A DNA stretch of 62,878 bases, the filler included, from Pirum gemmata (lineage: Eukaryota), in the NCBI GenBank assembly GCA_002812295.1. It is 21 parts of 21 records of this genome, joined end to end, with 100 filler letters (N's around TTAATTAATTAA, not from the genome) between each part and the next. Parts side by side here need not be neighbours in the genome. Positions count along the whole stretch, not along the records: positions 59,996 to 62,878 come from PDIN01004201.1; 20 more parts are not named here. One strand, given 5' to 3'. The notes below the pieces were generated by a model that worked only from the letters and a program-made list of their open reading frames with translations, searched no databases and was not told the origin of the DNA. The position numbers and the translations under genes were made by a program. This document shows positions 61,835 to 62,878 of the stretch, one piece after another. The stretch's first letter is position 1. Each line of letters begins with the position of its first letter.

Positions 61835-62080
61835 TAAATTATATAATATTTACATGTTAACAAAAGGAAGATAAAGACAAGTCACTTAACAGAATGGTCC
61901 CGATTCTTCGTTTTTACACCACGGTCAAATAATAATAATATGAACTTATCATAATTAAATTTTATTTTGTTATGACATATTTATAAATAATAATTCTATG
62001 CATGTTTAATTAATATACAATATGACACATATTATTAAAAAAAAATAGAAAAAGAGTATAATAAAAAAGTAGTCGGAAAA

Positions 62081-62111
<31 letters not shown>

Positions 62112-62320
62112 AATCATAATAAAATTTAATAAAATTTCATTTTATTAATATATAATATTATAGTTATGGCAAAAATAAATATAGTACAGGTTTAAATTTA
62201 ATTAGAGGTCACCAAAATCGGTGGGATGCACATTTCGGAATAAATATTAATAGAGCACAATACTTATATGATAGAATAATTGCAAATAATCATATTAATA
62301 ATGAGACACCTGTTTGTAAT

Positions 62321-62603
62321 CCACAATATTATTTTTATTGTCTTTTCTTTTTGAAAAATTACCCTACCCAACGAGTGGCTTGCAATATATTTCAATATGT
62401 GATGAGAAAACTTGGATAAATTGGTATAAAGTAGCGGTGATACAAATATGCAATGTTAATAATGCTTTTATATTACAATGTAAATATTAATGAAAACAAT
62501 CATAAACAACAACACTATTGAAATATATTGCAAGCCACACGTTGGGTAGGGTAATTTTTTAAAAAAAGAAAAGACCATAAAAAATAATAATATTACACTG
62601 TGG
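62321..62603. repeat. Inverted repeat, arms about 75-88 bp, spacer about 120 bp
   Basis: AAAAATTACCCTACCCAACGAGTGGCTTGCAATATATTTCAATA versus TATTGAAATATATTGCAAGCCACACGTTGGGTAGGGTAATTTTT. Confidence 0.85.
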
Positions 62604-62878
62604 TTTTGGACCAAAAATGGCCATGCCATTTTGATTAATGTTTCTGTTTTTTTGGCCATAAAGGACAATGGCAACTAAAAAAAAAAAAATTTTTTTTTAG
62701 CTGCCATTTCTAATAATTAAATGACAGTGTAATGGCAATCATTTTTTTGCCATAGCTTTTAATGGATGCGAAATGGAAAATTTTCAAAACTATTGTAAAT
62801 TTTCTACGTCACTTTACGTCACACAAATTTTCTGCAACGAACATTAATGATAATGGAATAATGATGACTACGCATACG

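Overview
This window is not one locus. It is 21 unrelated fragments of about 2.9 kb from an AT-rich, intron-containing eukaryotic genome (standard code, GT-AG introns, TTAGGG repeats; probably a protist, taxon not determinable), joined by artificial 100-nt spacers (N44-TTAATTAATTAA-N44). Adjacency across spacers therefore has no meaning. Host genes, mostly partial: a class C GPCR, an ABCA transporter, a SNAP-25-type SNARE exon, a SUR2-like hydroxylase, queuine tRNA-ribosyltransferase (three exons reconstructed, with introns full of telomeric repeat), a Lys/Ala/Pro-rich H1-tail-like protein, a secreted 10-residue-repeat protein, a secreted VWA protein and an amino-acid transporter fragment. Mobile DNA: decayed copia, LINE and piggyBac elements, five MITE families, and an intronless tyrosine-recombinase-like ORF pair that may be virus-derived. 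Top findings: (1) a membrane-anchored CmoA-CmoB fusion, i.e. bacterial cmo5U tRNA-modification enzymes, with a probable spliceosomal intron; (2) pervasive TAGCTA/TACTA/TATCATA arrays that parse as TA + 1-5 nt + TA and look like stacked excision footprints of TA-targeting transposons whose matching termini occur in the window; (3) telomere-repeat introns. All family calls come from motifs recognised by eye, not from database searches.
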